In this document: piece by piece, positions 8,794 through 17,906 of the stretch
Layout: each line of letters opens with the position of its first letter
How positions within the stretch are numbered: position 1 is the stretch's first letter
Virus record (IMG/VR): IMGVR_UViG_3300021976_000017
Span: 1-57,168 of that record
Origin: a virus
Taxonomy: Duplodnaviria; Caudoviricetes
Strand: one strand, 5' to 3'
Length of the DNA stretch: 57,168 nt
The notes under the pieces: generated by a model
Database searches by the model: none
Seen by the model: the letters and a program-made list of their open reading frames with translations, nothing else
Told to the model about the DNA's origin: nothing
Translations under genes and position numbers: made by a program

Positions 8794-9216
8794 CTAGTCG
8801 GCGACCAAGCGCAGCTCGTCGGCCTGCTCCCGCTGACGCCGGATCTCATAGGTACCCGGGGCGATACCGACGTAGCCGTGCTCGGGGTGAGCGAGCCACG
8901 CGGTTGACTCGTCAGGGACGGTCAGCACCGCCACACGCAGTTCGGTCGCCCGCGGGCTGATGACGTCGCAGTAGACCGGGCCGTCGGCGACGATCGCGTG
9001 GGTGTTGCCGCCGTTCTCGCCGCGAACCACGGGCGTTCCGCCGGCCAGGACAGGCGTCGTCGCGACGATCTGGCCGAGCCCTGCACTCTTCCCGGGCACG
9101 ACGATCACATCACCCTGCCGCTGCAACCCGTCCAATACGGGGATAGTCGTTTCCCGGTCCAGGTGGTCGAGGACGTCGACACCGTGCCGGTCGATCAGAT
9201 CAGCTAGTGCATGCAT
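8794..9216 (-). CDS. Conserved beta-rich partner of DUF6745 protein
   Basis: RQGDV, GENGGNTH, HPEH...PGTYEIRRQRE motifs. Confidence 0.8.
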   Translation of the reverse strand: MHALADLIDRHGVDVLDHLDRETTIPVLDGLQRQGDVIVVPGKSAGLGQIVATTPVLAGGTPVVRGENGGNTHAIVADGPVYCDVISPRATELRVAVLTVPDESTAWLAHPEHGYVGIAPGTYEIRRQREQADELRLVAD

Positions 9217-9246
9217 TGCGGGGTTCCCCTTTCGAAGGGATTTGAG

Positions 9247-10674
9247 TTAGCAGGCCCGCGCGAGCGCGCGGTACTGCGATGGGTTGAGATTGAACGTCCA
9301 GCCCGCGGCAGCCACGGGGTCGCTGATGGACGCTGGGACGGTGAGGCCGAACCGGTGTCGCGTGCCGTCACGTTCGACCGTGGCGTTGGTGCAGAGCAGC
9401 ACCCGGACCGGCGAGTCGTAGATCTTCGCGGGCACGTCGTACAGCGACAGCTCCTGCCCCGGGTTACCGGGATCGGGCACCGTCTCGCCGACCTGCGCTA
9501 GGCCGGCGTCGGTGACGAACCTGTCCCATCCGAGCTTCTCGATCGCCACACGGCGTATCTCAGCGTTCGGTTCCCGCATGATCCGTTCCGTGTCCCAGCC
9601 GACCTCGATCAGATCAGCTGGGACCGGGGTTCCGTGCCACGCGTGCATCCCCCACCCGTCGGCCCAGGAGATGACTGGCCCGGTCTCGTTGTGGAGCCGA
9701 TGGCTACCCCACCCTGTCGGGCCGACCTGCTCAAGGTGGAGCTCGAGGGGCCGGTCGGAGACCATGACGAAGTCCTTGTGCGGCCACCACCAGCCGGCGG
9801 TCGATGCGGCGTCGTAGGCACGGGACCGATCCCAGGTCTCGCCGAGGTCGAGGTCGGTTTCGTCGCGGAAGAACCCGACCCAGGCTTGCCAGTACCCGGC
9901 CCAATGTTGGCCTCCGAGGCGGTAGTACCAGAGTTTCTGGATGGCATCGGCTATCCCTTGTCGAACCGCGCCGCCAACCGCGCCGCGAACCGCGCCGTCA
10001 ACCGCGCCGCCAACCGCGCCGTCAACCGCGCCGCCAACCGCGTCGTGAACCGCGCCGTCAACCGCGCCGTCAACCGCGTCGTGAACCGCGTCGCGAACCG
10101 CGTCGCGAACCGCGTCGTGAACCGCGCCGTGAACCGCGCCGTCAACCGCGCCGTCAACCGCGCCGCCAACCGCGCCGTCAACCGCGCCGCCAACCGCGCC
10201 GTCAACCGCGTCGCGAACCGCGTCGCGAACCGCGTCGCGAACCGCGTCGTGAACCGCGCCGTGAACCGCGCCGTCAACCGCGCCGTCAACCGCGCCGCCA
10301 ACCGCGCCGTCAACCGCGCCGCCAACCGCGCCGTCAACCGCGCCGCGAACCGCGTCGTGAACCGCGCCGCGAACCGCGTCGTGAACCGCGTCGTGAACCG
10401 CGTCGCCAACCGCGCCGCCTCGCTGACGCTCGGCGATCAGATACGCAGCCACGGGAGCAGCGAGCGACCCGACCAGCGGCGACGGCACGCGCACCACGAG
10501 ACCTGGCCACGGGATGCCAGCGAAGCGGTAGCAGTCCCTAGCGCCCTGTTCCCAGGCTGCCCACTCGTCGTCGGAGAGCGGGCCGGTGTGCCATCCGCGT
10601 TCGATCCACTGCTGGGCGTAGAGGCCCATTCGGGCTTGCTGCTCGGGGGTGAGCTTGTCGATGCGTTTAGTCAC
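9247..10674 (-). CDS. DUF6745-family protein with internal xxAV tetrapeptide repeat
   Basis: GWWWP..DFVMVSDRP, RLHNETGP.I.WADG..HG, EPNAEIRRVAIEKLGW; GGAGG RBS before GTG 10674. Confidence 0.85.
   Translation of the reverse strand: MTKRIDKLTPEQQARMGLYAQQWIERGWHTGPLSDDEWAAWEQGARDCYRFAGIPWPGLVVRVPSPLVGSLAAPVAAYLIAERQRGGAVGDAVHDAVHDAVRGAVHDAVRGAVDGAVGGAVDGAVGGAVDGAVDGAVHGAVHDAVRDAVRDAVRDAVDGAVGGAVDGAVGGAVDGAVDGAVHGAVHDAVRDAVRDAVHDAVDGAVDGAVHDAVGGAVDGAVGGAVDGAVRGAVGGAVRQGIADAIQKLWYYRLGGQHWAGYWQAWVGFFRDETDLDLGETWDRSRAYDAASTAGWWWPHKDFVMVSDRPLELHLEQVGPTGWGSHRLHNETGPVISWADGWGMHAWHGTPVPADLIEVGWDTERIMREPNAEIRRVAIEKLGWDRFVTDAGLAQVGETVPDPGNPGQELSLYDVPAKIYDSPVRVLLCTNATVERDGTRHRFGLTVPASISDPVAAAGWTFNLNPSQYRALARAC
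9964..10419. repeat. 12-bp coding tandem repeat, 38 units
   Basis: Minus-strand unit (C/G)(A/G)C G(A/G)C GCG GTT; 38 xxAV units counted in the translation. Confidence 0.95.
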
Positions 10675-10708
10675 GCCTGTCCTCCGTTGGCGGGTTGGGG
10701 TGGGTCGG

Positions 10709-11974
10709 TCACTGGCTAGCGTCTGCAAGAAGGTCAACCTCTGCCTTGTCCCAGATCGGCGACCACGGCAACTCGCCTCCCCGGTACAGGCCGGCAGGGA
10801 ACTGACGGATGTCGCGGTCACCGCGGAACGTCGCAGCCAGCTCGTACACGTTCTCCGCGCGGCGCTGGATCACACGCCCATACCCAGCCCAGCGTTGCCA
10901 CACCGACGACCCGAACGGCATCTGCGGGCGGCTCGAGCCGTCACCTTTCGGCATGTGATGCTCCAGCCATAGCGCGATGCGGTGGCGGGCCCGGATCCGG
11001 TCGAACACGGCCCGGACCTCATCGGCGGCGGTCTCCCACGAGTCGCGGCCAGTATGGAACGCCTTGTACAGCGACCCGAAAGCGACCAGGGCAGGGCGGG
11101 TTTCCGCTACGACGCGTTCGAGGAGCTGAGCGTCGGCGTGCCGGCGCAGATCCAGCCCCTCGGGGCGCATCCACACATAGGCGTTGTCACCCGTCCAGTG
11201 ACCCAGCCGCGTGACTTGGCTTTGCAGTGGGCGGGACTGCCGGCGGACCGTGGACAGCGGGTTCTCCAGGTCGACGAGCAGGGTCCGCTGCGCCGGGATC
11301 CGCTCCCCCGGCTTGAACGGATGCACCCCCGCAGCGACGGCCTGGCAGATCTGACGGGACAGCCAAGACTTACCCGACCCCTCACCAGCCAGGATCATGA
11401 TCACGTCTTGGCGTTCGATCAGGCCCGGCACCACCCAGTCCTCCGCCCGGTCCGGCTGCGCGAGGAACTGATCCCAAGTCCACAGGCCGTCGACCGCCGC
11501 GTCAGACGCACGCTCATCGATGAGCATGTCCAAGGCGAGGGCTTCCCGCGCGGCCTGGTCCATCAGGTCGTCAGCGTCGACCATCTCCGTGGCCATCTGC
11601 GTGATCCGCGTACCGAGCTTCACCAGCTGCCGGCGGCGGGACGCAGTACGCATCTGCCCGGCGTAGTAGGACAGGTTCCCCGCGACGACGGGCCGGCTGT
11701 ACAGGGTGTGGACGTACGCGGTGCCGCCCACATTGCTCAGTTGGCCGGTGTTGCCGAGCTCGGTGTAGACGGCGGTCGGGTCGGGCGCGATGCCGCGGTC
11801 GGACAGGTTCAGCATGGCGGTGAACATCGCGGCGTGGCGTGGCTGCCAGAAGTCGGCGATGGTGACCATCTGCTGCGCGGCGTTGATGGCTGGCGGTGAG
11901 TTGAGCACCACGGCGAGCACGGTCTGCTCGGCGGCGACCGCGGCCGGGGTCGGGGTTTCGACGTCGTCGGTCAT
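10709..11974 (-). CDS. DnaB-like replicative helicase (DnaB N-domain plus RecA-type ATPase)
   Basis: AEQTVL...DFWQPRH N-domain; GEGSGKS; VDLEN; HHMPK; GSS.W. Confidence 0.85.
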   Translation of the reverse strand: MTDDVETPTPAAVAAEQTVLAVVLNSPPAINAAQQMVTIADFWQPRHAAMFTAMLNLSDRGIAPDPTAVYTELGNTGQLSNVGGTAYVHTLYSRPVVAGNLSYYAGQMRTASRRRQLVKLGTRITQMATEMVDADDLMDQAAREALALDMLIDERASDAAVDGLWTWDQFLAQPDRAEDWVVPGLIERQDVIMILAGEGSGKSWLSRQICQAVAAGVHPFKPGERIPAQRTLLVDLENPLSTVRRQSRPLQSQVTRLGHWTGDNAYVWMRPEGLDLRRHADAQLLERVVAETRPALVAFGSLYKAFHTGRDSWETAADEVRAVFDRIRARHRIALWLEHHMPKGDGSSRPQMPFGSSVWQRWAGYGRVIQRRAENVYELAATFRGDRDIRQFPAGLYRGGELPWSPIWDKAEVDLLADASQ

Positions 11975-12744
11975 TGGTCCATCCCGAATTCCCAGCCAGC
12001 GGGACGTTCCTGAGGGGACGCCTTTGTCCCGTTCAGCGAACCCCAATGCTTGGCTAGCGCTGATGGTGTGAGCGTCGCGTCGCGGAATCGTTGTCGGAAG
12101 TTCCGAGCACGAAGCGTCACCTGCCCGGGAGTGGCATCGACGGAGCGGAGCTCCTTCAGCGCCTTGTTGACGGCGCCGCGGCCGGAGTCGGTCAGCGTCT
12201 TCGGGTCGATGCCGCACGCCGAGGTGAGGGCGTCGAATAGTTCGTCTCGTTCACGCGGCGGCTTGTCCGGCGCAATACCTTTCCCTGTTCCCTTCCCTGT
12301 TCCCTGATCCGCGGGCGCGCGCGAGGGTGGTGAGGGCTCAGTGCGGGCTCCGTGAGGGCTCACTGAAGGCTCACTGAGCGATCCGTGATCACGCGATGAG
12401 GGCTCATGCTTCGGGCAGTGAGGAATCCGTGACGGGGAAGGGCGATTCACCTTCTGGTGCTCGTCCCAGTTGACGAGGTGCAGGTAGCGCTTGCCGTCAA
12501 CTTCGTACCGGCATAGCGGTCCAGAGGCGGCTATCTCGCTGAGGTGCTGGTCGAGTTTCTTGATGGTCATGTCGTCGTCGAGCGGGTATAGCTCGGCTTT
12601 GATGAGACGCACGTCGTCCAAGCCGCGGCCTAGGTCGTCGAGGTACCCGGGTAGGCCGACGAACGTCCATCGGACGGGGTAGGGCCACGAGCACACCGTG
12701 TGGCTCTTCCGCATCTCAGGTTTGACCGAACGTATCCGCGCCAT
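11971..12744 (-). CDS. Phage replication initiator (MARIRSVKPE type)
   Basis: MARIRSVKPE, DD.GR, NW.EHQK.NRPS.S; directly upstream of helicase. Confidence 0.8.
   Translation of the reverse strand: MARIRSVKPEMRKSHTVCSWPYPVRWTFVGLPGYLDDLGRGLDDVRLIKAELYPLDDDMTIKKLDQHLSEIAASGPLCRYEVDGKRYLHLVNWDEHQKVNRPSPSRIPHCPKHEPSSRDHGSLSEPSVSPHGARTEPSPPSRAPADQGTGKGTGKGIAPDKPPRERDELFDALTSACGIDPKTLTDSGRGAVNKALKELRSVDATPGQVTLRARNFRQRFRDATLTPSALAKHWGSLNGTKASPQERPAGWEFGMDQ
12331..12406. repeat. Candidate origin iterons TGAGGGCTCA on an 11-bp period inside the initiator gene
   Basis: Exact copies at 12331, 12353, 12397; variants at 12342, 12364, 12375. Confidence 0.6.
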
Positions 12745-12930
12745 TTACTCGGGTATCCCTTCTCGCAGCTCGTCGATGGTTGCTCCGAGCAGGGCCATCC
12801 GGGTGTCATCGGCGTCGCTGCGGCAGTCTGGGCACCAGTGCCGATGCCCCAGGATCGACAGGGCGAGCACGATCCGGGCGTTCGCCTGCCGGAACTCGTG
12901 ACGGGCTTCGACCTCAGCACCGGACGTCAT
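12745..12930 (-). CDS. Small hypothetical protein (CPDC)
   Basis: ORF track; coupled. Confidence 0.5.
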   Translation of the reverse strand: MTSGAEVEARHEFRQANARIVLALSILGHRHWCPDCRSDADDTRMALLGATIDELREGIPE

Positions 12931-13496
12931 GACGGCACAGGCGGGGTTGAGACGAGGCGACGTTTGGCTTCACCAGTGGGGACGCCGCCGAGCAGCTGAC
13001 CGTCCGTGCTGACGGCGAGGGTCCAGTCGTACGCCCACACAGCCCACCATTCGTGCGCGGCCGCGCCGTAGTGGTGTTGGCCGCCGGGGTGGGGTGTCCA
13101 GCCGCCGCAGTCGCAGCCCGGGGTCGGGCATTTCTTGCCGCGTTTCCCGTGGGTGATCTCGGGGCGTTCCGCGTAGGTTGCTAGCCGGCCGGCGACCATC
13201 GGGCATGCCTGCTCGGCGTAGGTGGCGCACCATGGATGCAGCGGCGGCTCAGTGAGGTAGGTGTCCAGCTGGGTGGGTCCGCCGAGGAACACGACCGGGC
13301 GGAGTTTCAGCGGTTCGCCGCAGGTTTGGCAGATGCCTTGGGTCCAGGCCTGCATCCATTTTGTGTGGTGGGTGGTGCGGAAGTCGACGCCGCCGTCGGC
13401 GAGGGGGACGTTCACCCAGGGTGCGACGAGGCCGCCGATGGTGGGGCGGTGGGCGAGCGTGACCGGGATCGGGGGCCGGACCTCGGGTTTCGTCAT
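12927..13496 (-). CDS. Cys-rich conserved actinophage protein
   Basis: CQTCG, EPPLHPWCA.YA..ACP, CPTPGCDC. Confidence 0.7.
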   Translation of the reverse strand: MTKPEVRPPIPVTLAHRPTIGGLVAPWVNVPLADGGVDFRTTHHTKWMQAWTQGICQTCGEPLKLRPVVFLGGPTQLDTYLTEPPLHPWCATYAEQACPMVAGRLATYAERPEITHGKRGKKCPTPGCDCGGWTPHPGGQHHYGAAAHEWWAVWAYDWTLAVSTDGQLLGGVPTGEAKRRLVSTPPVPS

Positions 13497-13612
13497 GCCG
13501 GCTCCTGCTGATCGTCGATCTCCACCCGCTCCGTAAACCGGGCCAGCGCGTCCTCATCCCGAACCGGGCCCCAGGTCGCGTCGGTCCACTCGATGCCGCT
13601 CTTGTCGCTCAC
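13493..13612 (-). pseudogene. Truncated DUF5131 (Gp37/Gp68-like) remnant
   Basis: Manual translation MSDKSGIEWTDATWGPV..., stop after 39 aa. Confidence 0.6.
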
Positions 13613-15417
13613 GCGGCACCTCCGAGGATCTGCATCACGATGCCGCCGAGCCACTGCGCGACGTTCGAGCTGACAGCGTTGCCGGCCTGCATGGTCTGCT
13701 CGGACCTGTTGCCGGTGATCTCGTAGGAGTCGGGGAACCGTTGCGCCCGGGCGTGTTCACGGGGCTGGAGCATCCGGAAGTAGCAGTCGTCGACGTCGAT
13801 CGCGGGCGCGACGAGGGCGGCGCTGTCGTGGGTGCCGAGCGTGTGCAGCGGCTCGCCGGTGGTCTTGGCTTTGCCGCGCCGGTACGGGATGACCAGGGAC
13901 AGGTTCGGCTTCGCGACGACGCCCGGCATCGGGTCATGGACGTCCTTCGTCATGTGTCCGATGGGGCCGTAGTCGAGGCCGCCGTGATGCTTCTGGATGA
14001 ACGCGCCTGGCGGGGTGGTGAGGTAGTGGTGGCGGCCGGTGGCGACGGTGGCCAGGGCATCGTCGCCGATGCCCATCGGGCGGGAGTTCTCCCGCAGCAC
14101 GGTGACGAACTGCTCCGGCACCGCGACGAGCGCGTCGGTCTCGCGGGTGGTGCGTGTGCGCATCGGGTCGGCGAGAGGTGCGGCGGTGTCGTTCCAGGTG
14201 CCGCCGGCGGGGACGAGCATGCCGTCGCCGATCTTCGCGGTGCGGGGGTCGAGCGGTGCCGCGTCGAGCGGGTAGACGCGTCCGTGGTCGTCGTGGTTCA
14301 CGGTGACCGACAGCGGCGGGGTGACCAGGGTCCGGACGGTGCGCCCGCCGGCGGTGACGGCGCCCATCGGCTCGTCGACGCCGCGTAGCCGGCTGCCGTC
14401 GGCGCCGTCGTAGTCGCGGCGGTCCAGCAGGAACGGCGGCACCGCAACCCCGTCGCCTGGCGTGCCGGAACGGGCGATCAGCGGCGACTCGTTGACCGGC
14501 CATGCCCGGGTGTAGCCGTCGCGCTCGTAGGTGTTGCCGTGGACGGCGACCTCGACGGGCTGCGCGAACAGTTCGAGGCCGGCCTTGATGCGGCGGACGG
14601 TGGCGGCCGCGAGCGGCTTCGGGCGGTCCCCGATGCGGGTGCCGATGTCCGACCAGTCGATGGCAGTCGCGGCCGGCCGGACGTACGGCTCGACCAGGCT
14701 GTAGCTGCAGGATTGGCTGGGGCATCGGTAGTGGTACTGCTTGCCGTACTTCCCGACCCGACGCTTCGGGTTCCATGCCTGCTTCGCCGGCACGACCTCG
14801 TGGCACGTGTGGCACCAGGCGAGCGGCCGCGGCCGAACATCCGGCACCGGGACACCCTTCGCTGTGCAGAACACGTAGAGCCGGTCACGCCACTGCGGTG
14901 CGTGGGGGTTGTCGTCGTCGCCGACGTGCGCGCTCGACACCGAGATGAGTTGGCAGGTGTAGCCGCGCTGGCGGAGTCCGTCGAGCCACCAGTCGAACAT
15001 CTCCCACGCCGCGAACTCGACGACGTTCTCGACGATGATCACCTTGTACTCGTGGACTTCCGCCGCTCGGATCACGTCGTATGCGGTCGCCCGGGAGCGG
15101 ACACCGCCGTCGTTGGGGACGTAGTCCTCGAGCAGGTCCAGCTGGGCGCGCACCTTGGATGCTTGCTTGCGGCCGCCGGCCGGCGAGTGCCACGTGCACT
15201 CGGGGCTGGCCCACAGCACCTCGGTGTGAGGTAGTCGGCGCATGTCGTAGTTGGAGACGTCAGCGACCAGGTGCTCGGCGTCGGGGAAGTTGACCGAGTG
15301 GGTGGCGATCGCTCGGTCCCAATGGTTCGCGGCGAGCTTCAACTCGAGGCCTGCGGCGGACAGGCCGATCGAGGAGCCGCCCGCGCCGCAGAAGATGTCC
15401 GTATAGGTGAGGCTCAT
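13609..15417 (-). CDS. DNA cytosine-C5 methyltransferase
   Basis: FCGAGG motif I, SPEC motif IV, ENV motif VI, Q.R.R, QAGNAV motif X. Confidence 0.92.
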   Translation of the reverse strand: MSLTYTDIFCGAGGSSIGLSAAGLELKLAANHWDRAIATHSVNFPDAEHLVADVSNYDMRRLPHTEVLWASPECTWHSPAGGRKQASKVRAQLDLLEDYVPNDGGVRSRATAYDVIRAAEVHEYKVIIVENVVEFAAWEMFDWWLDGLRQRGYTCQLISVSSAHVGDDDNPHAPQWRDRLYVFCTAKGVPVPDVRPRPLAWCHTCHEVVPAKQAWNPKRRVGKYGKQYHYRCPSQSCSYSLVEPYVRPAATAIDWSDIGTRIGDRPKPLAAATVRRIKAGLELFAQPVEVAVHGNTYERDGYTRAWPVNESPLIARSGTPGDGVAVPPFLLDRRDYDGADGSRLRGVDEPMGAVTAGGRTVRTLVTPPLSVTVNHDDHGRVYPLDAAPLDPRTAKIGDGMLVPAGGTWNDTAAPLADPMRTRTTRETDALVAVPEQFVTVLRENSRPMGIGDDALATVATGRHHYLTTPPGAFIQKHHGGLDYGPIGHMTKDVHDPMPGVVAKPNLSLVIPYRRGKAKTTGEPLHTLGTHDSAALVAPAIDVDDCYFRMLQPREHARAQRFPDSYEITGNRSEQTMQAGNAVSSNVAQWLGGIVMQILGGAA

Positions 15418-15899
15418 CCGGCCCTCCGCAGCGGTGGCGTCTCATCCTCGGCCGGGTCGGCGTCGTCGACGGTGTCCTCGTGTCGGCTCAACTCGTCGAG
15501 CCGGTCCCGCACCGTCCGGTACTGCTCGTAGGAGATGTCGAGTTCGGTCATGGTCCGCAGCACCGGCCACCGGCGTGCGATGGCCTGTTCGACGCGGCGG
15601 CGGAGTTCAGCTTCTGGTTGGGCGGTTCGGAATTGGGCGGGCATGGCTGGTCCTTCCCGATGCGACGGCTGCCGTGTACGCGGCAGGGCGTGCATGTCGG
15701 TGGTGACGTCGCTGGCGGTGCCGGCGCTGGATCCGCCGCGATGGTCGACGATGGTGTGGTCCTGGGCGGCGACGAGGTCGCCACCGGGCCGGTCGCCGCG
15801 GCCGAATCGGGTGATGGTGGGGCGGCACCAGCACTGCTCGAACTGTTCATGCGCGGGCTGGCCGGGCAGCGCATGGGCGAAGATGTGGGTGATGATCAC
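15414..15899 (-). CDS. Hypothetical protein (N-terminal H..CWCRP..H motif; may be two genes)
   Basis: ORF track. Confidence 0.45.
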   Translation of the reverse strand: MIITHIFAHALPGQPAHEQFEQCWCRPTITRFGRGDRPGGDLVAAQDHTIVDHRGGSSAGTASDVTTDMHALPRTRQPSHREGPAMPAQFRTAQPEAELRRRVEQAIARRWPVLRTMTELDISYEQYRTVRDRLDELSRHEDTVDDADPAEDETPPLRRAG

Positions 15900-16135
15900 G
15901 ACACGCTCCGCTGCTGCGCTGTCCGGGCGTGCTCCGTGTGCGCGGCGAGGACGTCCTCGATCGGCGTCCCCGTCTCGATCTCACCGAGAGGTGCCCGCAG
16001 CGTCCGAACATGCGGCTGGCAGGTGCAGGACCAGTTCAGGTGCCGGCCCGGGCCGTACTGGATTCGGATCTGGTGCGGCGCTCTCTCATCGGCCAGCATG
16101 TGGCCCGGCCAGACGATGGGATGCAAGTCGGTCAT
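15896..16135 (-). CDS. Small hypothetical protein (WSCTC)
   Basis: ORF track; coupled. Confidence 0.55.
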   Translation of the reverse strand: MTDLHPIVWPGHMLADERAPHQIRIQYGPGRHLNWSCTCQPHVRTLRAPLGEIETGTPIEDVLAAHTEHARTAQQRSVS

Positions 16136-16650
16136 CAGGCCACCGTCTTCCAGATCTCGCGGCGCCAGATCATGCCGATCAGTTGATTGCTGACGCCGTA
16201 TTGCTCAGCGACCGCACGGCCCGACGCAACGCCCCGAAGCGCTCTGATCTCAGCGACCTGCGAACCAGTCAGGCGGGCCCTGCCATTGGACTCACCTGAG
16301 CGAGGCTGGCGCCCTAGGATGCTGTACGAGTGCTGCAAGTTCGCGGCGCCAGTGACCCACTCAAGGTTGTCGACGACGTTGTTCGCGGGATTGCCGTCGA
16401 GGTGGTTCACCTGCAGCGATGCCGGGGTCGAACACGGCAGGAATGCGAGCGCGACGGCACGGTGCACGCTGAGCTCTTCCACGTGGTCGCCGTCATGGAG
16501 GATGACCCGTAGGTACCCCTTCGCGCTGACGCGAGGCGTAAGGATCTTGCCCGCAGTGGCGCCCCGCCCGGCCTTGATGCGCCGTACTCGGCCGAAGTCA
16601 CTGACTTCGTAGACACCAGCGAAGGAAACAACCGCGCGCCATTCGCTCAT
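16135..16650 (-). CDS. NUMOD4-HNH homing endonuclease
   Basis: EWR.V....YEVSD.GRVR, VHRAVA.AF, VNHLDGNP.NN...NLEWVT. Confidence 0.92.
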   Translation of the reverse strand: MSEWRAVVSFAGVYEVSDFGRVRRIKAGRGATAGKILTPRVSAKGYLRVILHDGDHVEELSVHRAVALAFLPCSTPASLQVNHLDGNPANNVVDNLEWVTGAANLQHSYSILGRQPRSGESNGRARLTGSQVAEIRALRGVASGRAVAEQYGVSNQLIGMIWRREIWKTVA

Positions 16651-17021
16651 GAAGACCTCGCAGTGAGAGTTGGCACGATTAAGGAATCCCAATCTGTTGT
16701 GCGCCACACGTCGAACGGTGCGGATGCGCGTTCGCTGAGCCGGGCGGTGAAGCGCTCCTCTGACCAGTGCGGTTCGCCGCTGATCTGCCGCGCCCAGTCC
16801 GCCTGCTCGGGCGCCAGCCGGCCCTTCGGCCCTTTCAACTCGCGCAGCAGCACCACACCGGCGCGTGCCAGCACGAGGTCAGGGAATCCGATGTGACCTT
16901 GGATCGCGGTGCGCCAGCCTGAGCGTGTCTTGGCTGGCCGGAAGTGGCAGACGGCCCACCGGTTCAGCTGAGCGAGCTTTATCGTCTGGTCGAGCAGCTC
17001 GGCCTCGTCGCGGGGGCTCAC
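16647..17021 (-). CDS. VRR-NUC / Holliday junction resolvase-like nuclease
   Basis: GFPDLVL...ELK...GRL.PEQ..W. Confidence 0.85.
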   Translation of the reverse strand: MSPRDEAELLDQTIKLAQLNRWAVCHFRPAKTRSGWRTAIQGHIGFPDLVLARAGVVLLRELKGPKGRLAPEQADWARQISGEPHWSEERFTARLSERASAPFDVWRTTDWDSLIVPTLTARSS

Positions 17022-17290
17022 GCTGCCACCTGCTCTCGGCAACAAATCCCGAACGTCGCCTCATGGTCGGGTGAGTACGCGGCGAGCTGGCCACGGTCCA
17101 GGCGCCGGTTGCAGCCCTCGCAGTCGAGGCGTTCATCCAGCGGCAGCCACGACAGCTTCGGCGCGACCTCATCGGCCGAGAGTTGCGGCTCGAACTCGGC
17201 CAGCAGCAGCGGGCTGGGCGGGTTGTACGGCAGGCCCTTGCAGATGCTGCACTGCCCGGTGAGCATGTCGTGCGCGCAGCGGGTCATCAC
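17018..17290 (-). CDS. Small Cys-rich protein
   Basis: C.H...C..C and C..C motifs. Confidence 0.55.
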   Translation of the reverse strand: MMTRCAHDMLTGQCSICKGLPYNPPSPLLLAEFEPQLSADEVAPKLSWLPLDERLDCEGCNRRLDRGQLAAYSPDHEATFGICCREQVAA

Positions 17291-17559
17291 GCGGCTCCTT
17301 CGATGCGGACCAGCCAGCCGATCGCGAGTGCTTCACCTGTATGCGTCTCGGCGTAGTCGTTGTGGAAAGCGCAGGAGGCCGCCCACCACGCCTGGTCGAG
17401 CAGCCGCAGCCCGCGTCGGCCCCGCTTGTGGTGCAGCTCGGTCGTCGCCTGCCCGCAGCCCGCTGGGAACTGGCACCAGGGATGGGCGGCGAGGAACGCG
17501 TCGCGCAGCGGCCGGTACTCGCGTAGTTGCCGCGCCCGCTTCTTCGAGACGGTCCTCAT
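17287..17559 (-). CDS. Small HNH-like nuclease
   Basis: WCQ...C..ATTELHHKRGR...C.FHN. Confidence 0.7.
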   Translation of the reverse strand: MRTVSKKRARQLREYRPLRDAFLAAHPWCQFPAGCGQATTELHHKRGRRGLRLLDQAWWAASCAFHNDYAETHTGEALAIGWLVRIEGAA

Positions 17560-17906
17560 GGTGTCCCGTCCCTTCCGATGGTCTGCAGTTCGGCGCGTAG
17601 ATCAGCGGAGTAGGTGCGGCCAGCGTCTACGCGCGCCTGGGCTTCCTTCATCAGCCGGACAAGGTGACGGACGTGAGCCTCAGCGGCCAGCGCCTGGAAC
17701 TCGATCTGCTCGGTGTCGACGCGGGCCTTGTGGCGGCGGATGTCCATCGATCCCTCAGCGGTGAGGAACGCTTTGGACTCGGAGATGTCTGCGTCCATGC
17801 GTTTGGAGATGGCGTCCTGTTCGGCGTCACGCAGCGACTCGATGACCTTGTGCAGTTCGTCGAGTCGCTGTCCGAGACGCAGGGCGGCGGCGTTGGGGCC
17901 GGTCAC
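17556..17906 (-). CDS. Coiled-coil hypothetical protein
   Basis: ORF track; coupled. Confidence 0.65.
   Translation of the reverse strand: MTGPNAAALRLGQRLDELHKVIESLRDAEQDAISKRMDADISESKAFLTAEGSMDIRRHKARVDTEQIEFQALAAEAHVRHLVRLMKEAQARVDAGRTYSADLRAELQTIGRDGTP

Noticed and set aside
9964-10419. CRISPR array or DGR-like variable repeat
   Set aside because: No unique spacers, in-frame coding repeat, and no cas or reverse transcriptase gene in the window
9634-10719. Long plus-strand ORFs with NRAA/QPRR repeats, and other long antisense ORFs across the window
   Set aside because: Shadow frames of high-GC coding sequence, with no RBS or recognisable motifs
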